This document shows positions 50,201-59,337 of a DNA stretch of 64,000 bases, one piece after another; the stretch's first letter is position 1, and the number at the start of each line of letters is the position of its first letter. The stretch is from the IMG/VR virus record IMGVR_UViG_3300001472_000003, positions 85,501-149,500 of that record; one strand, 5' to 3'. The stretch is from a virus. Position numbers and translations under genes: made by a program. A model generated the notes under the pieces. It searched no databases. It was not told the DNA's origin and saw only the letters and a program-made list of their open reading frames with translations.

Positions 50201-50477
50201 TAGATACTATAGTGTTTTGTCCATCAGCTTGTAAATCATTTATTTTAATATAATCAATGCCTTTGTCAAAATTAAATGTACAACCCTTTACAATAGTACC
50301 GTCAATTAAAATATTAGCACCAAATTTTTCTATTTGATCTTGCAATATTGTTTGTAATTGGGTAAGTTCCCTTGCTTGTACAGCTACGCCCGGTCTAAAT
50401 AAAACTTTATGAAAATTTTTAGTTTGATCGAAATCTTCATAATACGGACTAATGTTTAAATCTGTTTGTATTGGCAT
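44286..50477 (-). CDS. Large baseplate/virion structural protein (DUF4815/VrlC-like)
   Basis: DLNISPYY.DF, VLFRPG.AVQARELTQLQ, RYTM.DIG..E.R...LEYYTSL, RFKNG..VD.F and DPLAQTF. Confidence 0.85.
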   Translation of the reverse strand: MPIQTDLNISPYYEDFDQTKNFHKVLFRPGVAVQARELTQLQTILQDQIEKFGANILIDGTIVKGCTFNFDKGIDYIKINDLQADGQNTIVSNYANQVLVSAASNLTATIINESSGFESQTPDLNTLYIKYRNTGTGGEKKFANNEVLQVLYANNDPIANVTVANSTHSAIGNSYMFKINDGIIFQKGHFVSVAPQDIIVSKYTANAHELSVGFEVVESVVNNSIDTSLLDNAQGFNNENAPGAFRLKLEPKLVVKTKAQKTTANNFFSLVDFESGQTITRNQTTQYNRLGQELASRTNDESGDYVVKPFAIRSENIVSNTTHTSMVVGAGLAYVDGYRVQLHDATRIPVEKATTQVDKLNQTITPNFGNYIIVNELLGSLNYTSGSQITLHSAAYQGITSEYAEAPSSLPNSIGTARVRAVENHEGVPGTPTATYRVYLFDISMTAGKQFSSVRSIHFTSTYDFVADILLESNKAVLKDSGLAVSVHPLGSTGVSTIRNSQGINNTTFIHRDMNDAITFASNGSLEIVLSGNSKFPFTDDSTLNSVQERQIVVTSLTGANTVARTGTATSHSNTTIEGNGTNFVSEYNVGDYISISGESSSSRIAAITNTTHIVLESAFGSTLNNAAHYRNFPKDTAIPLSSRSANVVISQSQQKMTINLDESLSSTINAAVIYPVKIDSAVQVNKNLREVFTKIDTSNNVNSTSGPWSLGVPDALQLIAVYKGSTYANTETDVTSHFAINPGQKDAYYGISTLEQKSSSSLTISASDKLLVHFNAFQKDSTGGGSGFFSIDSYAPTDSGSIDNTQFRTEDIPLFNSPTSGKQYDLRDSIDFRPMTANTGVYANTIVSATVNPSNTISFSNDKFVAPGREFVADFKHYLSRIDMLHIESTGQIGVIKGLASESPVPPTKPDTGMIIATVSVPVYPSLSITDAITSKRPSYGIKTSVRQIRRYTMSDIGDMEERLSRLEYYTSLNLLEKQTTDLIIKGSNGLDRFKNGILVDAFKDLSIGNINSLEYKAGVDKAAAQLIPKVEQVNLDLSFNSSLSSNVTKTGDLITNDYSANLVLSNPYATKSRNATELFHRYNGTMTLFPNYDNFYDTTINPEKVNNVVIDMTSGFESLIGELNKIDVINQRRFDIINDVSRDVLLNSTTTGWNNGNSGGTETTNTFEVIRDRTIRETRQLLNISDSNISTVEVGEYMTDMAMQPYMRSRIVKFVVHGLRPNTRHYIYFDDTAVDQHCRAAIITGTGADITENDIEEIGEFGGTITADGAGVVAGSFRIPSQTFFVGERILTVADEVFSTSLKDATSISLTAYNAYNFSIEKGSSSISTRQPTFNRIGWSNTTIETSRSVESRRSRQVTWQQQQDDGGDDGGGGGETGGVGNGGDPGAGVDDPLAQTFYIGPSISQDEEGIFVPKIDLFFAEKDAVEGVTIEMRTVFNGTPAQEILPFGIKHLTSAEVSTSNNGSISTTVTFDSPLFMRQGNEYAVIIKPDGNNPSYKLWVSKIGQSDLTTGSDNITQDSFDGVLFLSTNNRTWTATQDENLKVNIYRCDFSSTSGTAIFNNPDIEFLKIQDISGSFFNGELVYKSGANVSAQTISMSATSSNLVGTSTTFTTDFSVGDRIVVVGADSNGSIRSQVLSVNSIANNTQLSIKGQPLFSNTIANYQITPSGSVSYYNNNDGVLHLTNSNASNSTYLFANSDTLIAADSNANAVITTVDNQIVSYFQPLMYRLSFAGNITNNGTSTLTAADSVSNTTIVDMKFNDNNRILSFEPAVYSKSNEIVDNSGNKTLTTTMNLSTGKITLSPALDTQSTSLLAFKSDINNTISNEAYANGSSVCKYISRTVNLKEGLDAEDLKIFVSAYRPAGTDVHVFLKGLNSADNQEFNNKKWTKLTNLGNDVFSSTSNEFDVIEYEYDLPNSPNTTPLVGVGSTSNGVSTISVSGNTPGFSNGSANLVGTGTLLKIVNSDSNTDYQITRVASVNTSVIIVDQELGFTKAGTQLEILSHDHAIFKDPQNEFVASYFDDNGVKYDEYKSFAIKIVLTTTSSNIIPKVNDYRALALSV

Positions 50478-50487
50478 CTTTTATCCT

Positions 50488-52299
50488 TTAAAACTCGATA
50501 ATAAGTTTAATTGTCTCACTTTGAGTATTTGATCTGGATACAGGGATAATATTCTCAACATATAATATTTCTCCTGATCCTGATATTAAGTCTGGAATTG
50601 TCACTGCTGATAAACTGGCTACCGCACCAGATGATATTCCTTCAAATGTATTTAGGTCATCTACATCAGATACATTTACTATCCCTAATTGGTTGGTTAC
50701 TGATATACTTGTTGTATTTACAGAAAATAAATCAGCATTGGCAACTAAAGCGGTATTTGGACTTTGTGTAACCACTTCATCTATAATAAAGCCACCGAAA
50801 GCACTGCCACTACCAGTAGTAATTACATTAGCAGTATACTTATGTCGTTGATCAAAAACCGTAGTTGGTTGTATTGTTGATGTTACTTCACCTGTATTAT
50901 TAGAAACGGACCCTCTAACTGTCTCTGCTGTCTGAAAAAAACCTATGGCATCAGTCAATGATATTTGACTTGAATTTGATCCTGTGATTACACCAGTTGC
51001 ATTAGATGTATCACCAGATAAAGTTTCACCTACAGTAACAACTCCAACAGATGATGTTATATCAATAACTACATTTGCAAATCTAGGATCTTTTATTATA
51101 GAAATTTGTCTAAAATCATTTTCAGTAGATAAAATACCATTTTCTGTATTTGCTTGTGTTGTGGTTATACAAACATAATGGCCGTCTAATTCTTTAACAA
51201 TATCAGATCCATGACCATATTTGGGGCTTATTATAGGCCTAATTGAAGCACTATTGGCGGTTATAGAAGTATTTGTTGCAACATTTACTATACCAGTATT
51301 TCCAATAACTGTTGCATTAGCCCATGTATAATTAGTACCTACATTAACAATATGTATATTACTTACTGTATTAGTTGTTGTATTTACTAATGCTCTTGCT
51401 AATGTTCCAGTTCCATCACCAGTCACAGAGACGGATGGAGATATAACAAATGTAGACGTTAAATCAGGTATAACATTAAAAGGCTGATTCACTACAATTC
51501 TTCGTGTATTTCCAGAAACTATATATTCACTTACAGTTCTTAATTGCCCAATTCCTACACCTGAACTTATATAAAGTGCGGAACCTTTATAAAAATCAGT
51601 ATTAGATGATAATACATCAGAACTACTTTCAATTGCAAATATTAAATTGTTGCCGCCAATAGAAGCTTGGGATATAGCACCGTTTGCTCTAGCATTATAT
51701 TTTTCACCTCCGGTATTAACAATTATTGTTTGTATTGATCCTGGTGTTGCATTTCCAGCAACATTATTATCAGGAATAATAGGTATGTATTCGTCAGTAG
51801 CAAATTTATCCCAATTAGCGGTTGATATTGTATATAGATATTTCCATTGATATCCATCAACCGTTTTAACATAAATTGAATCATTAGCTGATGTTTCTGA
51901 CAATAAAGGTGCAGATAAAGAGATTGAATCATTATTATTATCTAAACACACAAATACATTATATTCAGAACTTTCCTCATTAACAACAAAAAACTGCTCA
52001 CCACTCAATTCCTTTTTATCATCATACATTGTATATTTGGTGTTTGCTGTCCAATTATATCTATGAGCCATTGATTTAATATCTGCAGCGGTAATTTGTT
52101 TACCTCCAATTAAATTTCTATATATTTGAAAATGACTATTACTCAATGCATCATGTGGTGTATCTGGAATAGAATCATCTTCAAATGGTGTATGTTTACC
52201 ATAACCAACATATAATATTGTATTTGCTGGTTCGTCTATAGCTTCAATAAATTGTTTTGCGCTATGTATATTAAAATCTTTACGTATTATTTTTGCCAT
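50488..52299 (-). CDS. gp8: Baseplate wedge subunit gp8-like
   Basis: Y.MYDD, VFVCLDNN, DGYQWKYLY, P..GHG and SGEILYVEN..PVSR...Q.E.IKLIIEF. Confidence 0.8.
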   Translation of the reverse strand: MAKIIRKDFNIHSAKQFIEAIDEPANTILYVGYGKHTPFEDDSIPDTPHDALSNSHFQIYRNLIGGKQITAADIKSMAHRYNWTANTKYTMYDDKKELSGEQFFVVNEESSEYNVFVCLDNNNDSISLSAPLLSETSANDSIYVKTVDGYQWKYLYTISTANWDKFATDEYIPIIPDNNVAGNATPGSIQTIIVNTGGEKYNARANGAISQASIGGNNLIFAIESSSDVLSSNTDFYKGSALYISSGVGIGQLRTVSEYIVSGNTRRIVVNQPFNVIPDLTSTFVISPSVSVTGDGTGTLARALVNTTTNTVSNIHIVNVGTNYTWANATVIGNTGIVNVATNTSITANSASIRPIISPKYGHGSDIVKELDGHYVCITTTQANTENGILSTENDFRQISIIKDPRFANVVIDITSSVGVVTVGETLSGDTSNATGVITGSNSSQISLTDAIGFFQTAETVRGSVSNNTGEVTSTIQPTTVFDQRHKYTANVITTGSGSAFGGFIIDEVVTQSPNTALVANADLFSVNTTSISVTNQLGIVNVSDVDDLNTFEGISSGAVASLSAVTIPDLISGSGEILYVENIIPVSRSNTQSETIKLIIEF

Positions 52300-52303
52300 A
52301 TGA

Positions 52304-55063
52304 TTAACCTATTGTCACACTACTATTAGCTACAGATAATTGTAACCCAACTGCTTCTTGAACTTTTATTACTTCGCCAAATAACTTTGTACCTGAGACG
52401 TGAAGAATATCTTTTAGTACTTTAGAATATTTATCTAACGATAATCCTGACTGAATTACATAGGACAATTCTTGATAATAAAAATTATCGTGCAATTTTG
52501 AACTATCACTTAAAAAACTTTGCTTTGTTCTCCAACGTCCTGTACCAACACCATAATGCAATACATTAGCTGTACCGGTAATAACAAAATTAGAATTTCC
52601 AGATAGAGTAAGATCTCCACCATTGATATATCCAAATCCACTATCAATTACTTCAACCCCTGTAGCAACTCCATTAGCTGTTTGTGCGGCCGCACCTATT
52701 ATAGCATTGTCACCCATTCTTTTAGAATTCTCATCAGTTATAACTGATAATATATCTGCTGTTGCTCCACTATTAACACCAGTAATTCCAAAACTATTTT
52801 CAAATGAAGTATTAAATGATGTTCTTTTCATTGCAATATGAGTACCATTTGAACTTTTAACTATACCTTTTGCATTAAATATATTATTTATTGATGTGTT
52901 AGATGATACATTAGCCGTTGCATTACTATTCAATCCAGATACTGAATTAGTAGAAGTAAACGTGCCGTTAGTATTTGCAATATTAATTACAGTAGAATTT
53001 GCAAATGAAATTATACCTGTTGCATTAGATGTTGATTGTATAATACCTTCACCAGTATTGAATGATCCTGTGAGATCAAGTATATTCATTGATATACCAG
53101 CTTGCTGTATAGTTTGTGTTATTGCTTCACCAACAGCAAAACCACCTGATACATTATCTAATTCTAATATTAAATCTCTTCTATTAAATCCTGCTATATA
53201 TGGATTAAATGCAAATGTAAGTGGAGCTAAATTATAATTTTCACCTGGGTTAATACCACTTAATGAATTTATAGATCCTATTACAAATGTATTTGATGAT
53301 AACATATTATCTAGTATAGTATTAAGATCGCCGTGTCTATCTTTTGGAAATCCATATCCATAATCAAAATTGGGATTTATATTAGCCCCTGTACCACCAG
53401 ATGTTATTACTGTTGATACACCATTTGAATAATAACCTCCACCAGGAATAGTTACTGTTATAGTATTAATAGTTCCATTTGCAAATGTTTGAACATTAGC
53501 TACAGCATTAGTCGATGCAGCACCTCCTGAAAATGTTACTGTATCAGAATTACTATAACCAGAACCACCATCATTAACAGTAATTGAATCTAAAAAACCT
53601 ATACCTGAATTACTAGCATCTAATTTAACATCTAAATATGCTTGATTAGCTATATTAATATCTTTTATAAAATCAGTATAAAGAGATATTGTTTCTGTAT
53701 TGCCTATGGTACCAACATTAAAGTCCGCTCCTTGACCAGATCCAGCTGAAATAATATTCGCTATACTATTTGAACTATCTCCAACAACGAATGCATTATT
53801 AGTTGTATAAAAAGATAAATTATTTGCTGCTATGCCAAGATATGTTGTATTTGAATTTACTAGATTGCCTGTAATGTGTGTATTAGTAGTTATATCAATA
53901 ACTGCATTTACAGTTGATACACCTTCTAAATATAAATCAGACGAATCACTAAAGCTGCCTGTATTTACTATAATTATTAATGATCCTGATGCACCATTAG
54001 CAGAAGTGCTTGCAACTATTCCATTTGCTACAATACCCCCAGATGAATTTGCACCATTAATATAATTTCCTATCTCTATATTATTTGATATATCTGAGCC
54101 ACTTAAATATGTCACTGTCTGATTAGGTTGTCTTATTGTTTCAAATCTAAAAAAATTTGTTATGTTTGGATCACTATTTGTGTGGTTATTATATTCAATA
54201 GTAGCAGAACTTACACCAGTATTTGTAGCATCAGTGAGCGTATAACCACTTCCTCCATCGATAGCTGATTGAGCAAATGTTAAAGAAGCTAACTCAAAAA
54301 GAACTCTTCCGGTTGCATTCTCAATAGATATCACTCTAGCTTTACCACCTTTACCTTCTGATGAGATTATATCAAATGTATCACCAATTTCAAAATCCTG
54401 ACCACCATTTGTTAAGTCAATATTTGTTAATGATCCAGTAACAACTGGACAATCAGCAGTATCTCCATCACTTGTTATTAATTCATTTAATAAAAATAAG
54501 CCTCTAACATTAGATAATGTTAATACAATTATCTCTTTACCACTAATTAATCTGGTTGATATTGATTCAACAAAAGCTTTACTATTACTAGATGATCCTA
54601 CAATTTCTTTTCCTAGAAATGTTAATACTTTATCTGTGTAAGATGTTTCTAAATATTGTGGTTTAAAATAATCAGAGTCTGATGCTCTAAATATTGATTT
54701 GCTCGGATACTTAACCTGTATCTCTTCATCAAATAATAATCTAAACAATAATTTAAAGGATCTTGGTGACCCTTTAGATGTGTATAAATCCTTGATATGT
54801 TTAACTAAAAATTTGGTATCTACCTTTGTATTGAGTGGCAAATTTTGCAAATATGTATTTTTAAAATGTATTAAAAAATCATCAACAGTGTTATCTATAT
54901 CTCTATTTTGTGCTAATAATCTATTTACATTTATTGTTTCATTATTACTTTCTAAAAATTTAAAATATTCAGTAACAAATGCAACAAAAGGTTTTGCTTC
55001 AGACTGATATATTTCCGGAAATTGTTCCGATATAAAATTAGATATATTTAAATTGCCATCCAT
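52304..55063 (-). CDS. Baseplate wedge subunit gp7-like
   Basis: QFPE, IKDLY.SKG..SFKLLFRLLF and HDNFYYQELSYVI...LH.SGTKLFG; lies between gp6 and gp8. Confidence 0.7.
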   Translation of the reverse strand: MDGNLNISNFISEQFPEIYQSEAKPFVAFVTEYFKFLESNNETINVNRLLAQNRDIDNTVDDFLIHFKNTYLQNLPLNTKVDTKFLVKHIKDLYTSKGSPRSFKLLFRLLFDEEIQVKYPSKSIFRASDSDYFKPQYLETSYTDKVLTFLGKEIVGSSSNSKAFVESISTRLISGKEIIVLTLSNVRGLFLLNELITSDGDTADCPVVTGSLTNIDLTNGGQDFEIGDTFDIISSEGKGGKARVISIENATGRVLFELASLTFAQSAIDGGSGYTLTDATNTGVSSATIEYNNHTNSDPNITNFFRFETIRQPNQTVTYLSGSDISNNIEIGNYINGANSSGGIVANGIVASTSANGASGSLIIIVNTGSFSDSSDLYLEGVSTVNAVIDITTNTHITGNLVNSNTTYLGIAANNLSFYTTNNAFVVGDSSNSIANIISAGSGQGADFNVGTIGNTETISLYTDFIKDINIANQAYLDVKLDASNSGIGFLDSITVNDGGSGYSNSDTVTFSGGAASTNAVANVQTFANGTINTITVTIPGGGYYSNGVSTVITSGGTGANINPNFDYGYGFPKDRHGDLNTILDNMLSSNTFVIGSINSLSGINPGENYNLAPLTFAFNPYIAGFNRRDLILELDNVSGGFAVGEAITQTIQQAGISMNILDLTGSFNTGEGIIQSTSNATGIISFANSTVINIANTNGTFTSTNSVSGLNSNATANVSSNTSINNIFNAKGIVKSSNGTHIAMKRTSFNTSFENSFGITGVNSGATADILSVITDENSKRMGDNAIIGAAAQTANGVATGVEVIDSGFGYINGGDLTLSGNSNFVITGTANVLHYGVGTGRWRTKQSFLSDSSKLHDNFYYQELSYVIQSGLSLDKYSKVLKDILHVSGTKLFGEVIKVQEAVGLQLSVANSSVTIG

Positions 55064-56859
55064 TATACGCGCTCTTGTGATACATTAATTGTTATATCTT
55101 CTCCGTTTAATTGAAGAATAGTATTTTGGTTTGTTACTATATCGGAACCTGATATTCTAGCTTTTAATTTTATTGAATCACCTAAGTAACTATCTACAAT
55201 TAATCCATCGATAGTAACAATACCATTATTGTAATCTACTGTTCCAATATTGTTATTTAAAACTTGGTATATCCCATTAGTATTAGTTACTATATTTAAA
55301 AAACCTACAGAGTTGTCAATTATAAACGCACTAATAGAGTCATATGTAAAACTTGAACTCTCTATCGCAGGCAAATGCGTACTAATGCTAGTATTAGAAC
55401 CCAATATACCGTCTACAATTAAACTATTGTGGAAATGATAAGAAGACGAGAAAGAAGAATTAATTGTAGGTATAACCTTTTTAAAAGGATGAATAGTAGT
55501 TTTATTACTTAATATATTAGGATTTGATTCATCAATAGTTGACGAGAATTTTGATTTTCTTAGAGGCTTATCAAATGTATTAATATTAGAATTTGCAAAT
55601 TTAATCATAGCAGATGAAACTATACTTGTTATTTGAGAAGGTGTAGCATTGGTTGTATTAATATTATAATTAACATCGGTAGATACACTTAAATATGTAA
55701 AATCTGGGTTAACAACATCTACATTTATTGCAACTGGTGTTCTTTGTTCTAAAAACGATTTGATCAATGTCTTTTTTGATTCAGGAATTCCGTCTGCATC
55801 AGTCAAATCAACAGACAATATAACTCTACCATATTTTGGTGGATTAGCTTCTTCACCACCATATACAGCAATTGATTGTACTTCAGGAAATTCTGTTTGT
55901 ACAATTATTTTATAATCATTAGGAGTAACAGCTCTATCTTGTATTTGAAATGACTTAGGAGCATTAAATCTTATTGATTCAATAGATTCTATATTTGCAC
56001 CTCCAGTTGATTCTATATTAGTTAAAAGAGATATATTACTATAACCATCTATATTCGTTGTTGTAGTAAATGAGGTTGCTTTATTTGATATTTCTTTTGA
56101 TGCTACTCTATAATGAACTTCCGCAATATTTCCAGCTATTGGTTTTCTTCCTACTATATTATCACCAAATTGAATTTCCCATTTTTCATTACTTGTTGGT
56201 GCTATAAAAAATATATTAGATGTTGCACCCTCACCAAATAAGCTTGTTGCTTTTCTCCATGATGTATTTGTTGAAACAGTATTTGATTCCCTGACCGTCA
56301 ATTCAATACTTCTTGTGTCTATATTTTTATTACTTAATTTATATTTCTGTGAGTTATTAGCAGAGATTGTATAATATTCGGTTATTTGTCTGCCTTCGTA
56401 AAAAGCAACATTGGATGCAATATAGTCGCCCAATTCATCTTGTTTTAAAACATGTGCGCTTTCGGTTCTAAATGTAAATGTTCTTCCGTCTATAGCAGTG
56501 GATATAGGATAATGTTTGGGTATAGTAATAGTAGATGGATTATCATTAGGTATAATAGTAACATCAAGATGCGCTACCGATGATCTTGAACTTCTAGGAT
56601 TATAATTTAATTCTTTGGCATGTGATATCATAGCGTCTCTAGTAATAGCACTATCTATAAACATTTCACTTGCTAACATATTAGTATAAAAATTATTATA
56701 AAAGCTATTATATGCAAGCACATCAATTAATACATTTAAATTTGATCCTTCATAATCTAAGTCTTTAAACGCACCTTCATTTCTTATAAAGGTTTTTAAA
56801 TTTGCTTTAATTGTATCAAAATCTAAATTTAAAATATCTAAGCTGGAATTTGCTGGCAT
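55063..56859 (-). CDS. gp6: Baseplate wedge subunit
   Basis: LDFD.IK.NL, DYEGSNL.VLIDVLAYN, QDRAVT..DY and YGGEEA.PP.YG. Confidence 0.93.
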   Translation of the reverse strand: MPANSSLDILNLDFDTIKANLKTFIRNEGAFKDLDYEGSNLNVLIDVLAYNSFYNNFYTNMLASEMFIDSAITRDAMISHAKELNYNPRSSRSSVAHLDVTIIPNDNPSTITIPKHYPISTAIDGRTFTFRTESAHVLKQDELGDYIASNVAFYEGRQITEYYTISANNSQKYKLSNKNIDTRSIELTVRESNTVSTNTSWRKATSLFGEGATSNIFFIAPTSNEKWEIQFGDNIVGRKPIAGNIAEVHYRVASKEISNKATSFTTTTNIDGYSNISLLTNIESTGGANIESIESIRFNAPKSFQIQDRAVTPNDYKIIVQTEFPEVQSIAVYGGEEANPPKYGRVILSVDLTDADGIPESKKTLIKSFLEQRTPVAINVDVVNPDFTYLSVSTDVNYNINTTNATPSQITSIVSSAMIKFANSNINTFDKPLRKSKFSSTIDESNPNILSNKTTIHPFKKVIPTINSSFSSSYHFHNSLIVDGILGSNTSISTHLPAIESSSFTYDSISAFIIDNSVGFLNIVTNTNGIYQVLNNNIGTVDYNNGIVTIDGLIVDSYLGDSIKLKARISGSDIVTNQNTILQLNGEDITINVSQERV

Positions 56860-57257
56860 TATCTTACCCTATCTAATATGAAGTCTAATTGTATTGGTTC
56901 TTCTTTATTTATTACATAAAATGTAATTGATACTGAATACTGATTCAGATCGGGATTTGCTGATACGATAACATCAATTAACCCTGCTCTTGGCTCGTAA
57001 TTTTCTATTGTTGATATTATAGCATTTTGTATTGATTTTTCTGTAAATGGAGTAACATTTTCAAAAAGGTAAGCTCTTAAATCACCACCAAAAGTCGGCT
57101 GAAATAATCTTTCACCTTGTGATGTTTGCAATATATTCATGATGCTTTGTTTAACAGCATTTTCATTTGTATTTTTTAAAATATCTTTTCTGATAGGATG
57201 AATAGCAAAATCATTTCTAAAATCACTATATATTTCTCTATTTGATTGTGTAGCCAT
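56859..57257 (-). CDS. gp25: Baseplate wedge subunit
   Basis: AVKQSI.NI..T..GERLFQP.FG and IENYEPR. Confidence 0.95.
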   Translation of the reverse strand: MATQSNREIYSDFRNDFAIHPIRKDILKNTNENAVKQSIMNILQTSQGERLFQPTFGGDLRAYLFENVTPFTEKSIQNAIISTIENYEPRAGLIDVIVSANPDLNQYSVSITFYVINKEEPIQLDFILDRVR

Positions 57258-57276
57258 ATTTACCTCTATATCTTAT

Positions 57277-59328
57277 TTATTCACCAACTGGATAATTAGG
57301 TTTTAATTCTTTTGCATCTTTTAATTGTCGCTTTAATTCTTTTATTTCGCTCTCAACATCATCTTCATTCGTTAACTCACTTTTTAATCCATTTATTTTT
57401 CTAACATATTTTATTCTTCTCTCGTAAGTCTCAATTAATTCTTCTAATGCATTCATTACGTCTGTATCATCTTCTTCAGCTTCTTGATAAAATTGCCCTT
57501 CGCTTTTCAAAACTGGAGTAAACACAATAATTGGATTACTAGATAATTGATTTTGTCTAGCTTGTAATTTAGAACTTGATGCTCTATATTGCTTGTAAAG
57601 TTTTGTTTTTGTTGTTTGATGCTTTAATGGCAATCCTTCAAACATTCGTTCTGCATCTTCTTTAAATAAGGTTAATTCACCTTGAAGCTTGGCAACTCTT
57701 GCATTTTTAGATAAACTAGGTGATTTTTTAACCTCTGACATACTTGATTCTTTTAAATCACTTATTTCACTCTGTATTGATTTTATTAGTCCATCTTGTT
57801 TTTCTTTCCATTTTTCAGTATATTTGCTCCAAAACTCTGGTGCAGCTTCTGGTAAACCTACATCAGGTTTTAAGTAACCTTGGTCAGTCATTCCACTAGT
57901 AGCAGGCCCTCTAATACCTGTCATACTTCCATACCAAATAAAGTCACCAGTTACTCGACTAATTGATACTGTAAATGTTATTTCATTACCAGCTAATGCA
58001 TCTCTAACAATATATATTCTTTTAGTAAAAGGTATTTCTTCTTTTTTATCAGCACTTGGTGTAGTAACTACTGGTGCTTTTTTAACAATAATTTTATTTT
58101 TTTCAGTTGCATTATTTAAAACAGTAGCAGTAGATTCTTTTTTGACTATTGAAGCTACCTCTCCTTGTTCTGGTTTTATTTTAGTTATTATTTTGACGGA
58201 TTCTTTTGGTATAATATCAACTTGAGTTTTTTCTTTAACTGCATCAGTCTCTGGTACAGTGAGAGGTATGCCTTTTATTATATCCTTAAATATTGGTGCA
58301 CCTGATGCATCTTTGCCAGATTCAACTAAATCTACATTAGGACATAATTTACATATCTCTAAAGTATTAGTAGGATCATTTAATACTCCCATAAGTTTAT
58401 CTACACTAGTATCAGTTTTGCCTAATGCAGGACTCCATATTTTTTCAAACTCAGCAATTGCTTTTTGTTTTGATGCATTATATTTGCCTAAAATTTCTGT
58501 ATTACTTACACTAGGAATTTTAATGCCGGCTAACTTATTTGTTCCGCCAGTTAGTGAATTACTTATACCGCCCAATTCACTAATATTTGATCCAAATGCT
58601 TTTGACAATTCTCCTGTTAATGACCCATCACCAGAACCAGATAGAAAGTTTTGAGCCTTTCCAATATCATTACTTAAACCAGATTGTATTGCATTTGTAT
58701 CTATATTGCCTAAAGCAGCACTAATAGATCCTGATAAATTTGAACCTGCAGCGGCAGCGCCATCTATACTACCACCAAGAAATTGGCTTAATTTATCACC
58801 TGCAGATTTTATACCATCACTCAATTCTTTCCCAAACTCTGGATCATTTAATTTCTTTGACAAATCTTCGAAATCTTTTTGCATATTTTGAGCTACTTCA
58901 GATTCAGGCTTTGCTAAATCACTAATCTTACTGTTAATTTCATCTAATGCCCCAGACACCTCACTTTTAATCTTGCCTATATTTGCTGCTATACCTTTTG
59001 TAGGGTCATTAATAGCTTCTAATGCTTTATCTGTAGCAAGAGATATTGCTTCCTCTAGTCCTTGTAATTTGCCATCAGGGCCACATGTAATAGGAGGAAG
59101 ATAATCAGTACCATCACTTTTTTTAGGTGCATTCTGTTCGCCTGCAGTTGTATAATCAACCTTTACTACTGCATATTTTTTTGATAAAAATAAAGTGCTG
59201 CCATTTTGTTCATATGATACTGACCCAAAGTAATTAGATCCATAATTTTTACCTTGAACACTATCAATTACTATAGGTTCTTGGAATAGTGATACAATTT
59301 TAGTGTCTTTGACTTCTTGAAATGGCAT
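57277..59328 (-). CDS. Hypothetical 683-aa protein (helical/coiled-coil, Gly-Ser-Ala-rich core)
   Basis: Long ORF with AAGGA SD between gp5 and gp25; no recognised domain. Confidence 0.7.
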   Translation of the reverse strand: MPFQEVKDTKIVSLFQEPIVIDSVQGKNYGSNYFGSVSYEQNGSTLFLSKKYAVVKVDYTTAGEQNAPKKSDGTDYLPPITCGPDGKLQGLEEAISLATDKALEAINDPTKGIAANIGKIKSEVSGALDEINSKISDLAKPESEVAQNMQKDFEDLSKKLNDPEFGKELSDGIKSAGDKLSQFLGGSIDGAAAAGSNLSGSISAALGNIDTNAIQSGLSNDIGKAQNFLSGSGDGSLTGELSKAFGSNISELGGISNSLTGGTNKLAGIKIPSVSNTEILGKYNASKQKAIAEFEKIWSPALGKTDTSVDKLMGVLNDPTNTLEICKLCPNVDLVESGKDASGAPIFKDIIKGIPLTVPETDAVKEKTQVDIIPKESVKIITKIKPEQGEVASIVKKESTATVLNNATEKNKIIVKKAPVVTTPSADKKEEIPFTKRIYIVRDALAGNEITFTVSISRVTGDFIWYGSMTGIRGPATSGMTDQGYLKPDVGLPEAAPEFWSKYTEKWKEKQDGLIKSIQSEISDLKESSMSEVKKSPSLSKNARVAKLQGELTLFKEDAERMFEGLPLKHQTTKTKLYKQYRASSSKLQARQNQLSSNPIIVFTPVLKSEGQFYQEAEEDDTDVMNALEELIETYERRIKYVRKINGLKSELTNEDDVESEIKELKRQLKDAKELKPNYPVGE

Positions 59329-59337
59329 TTGTGTATC

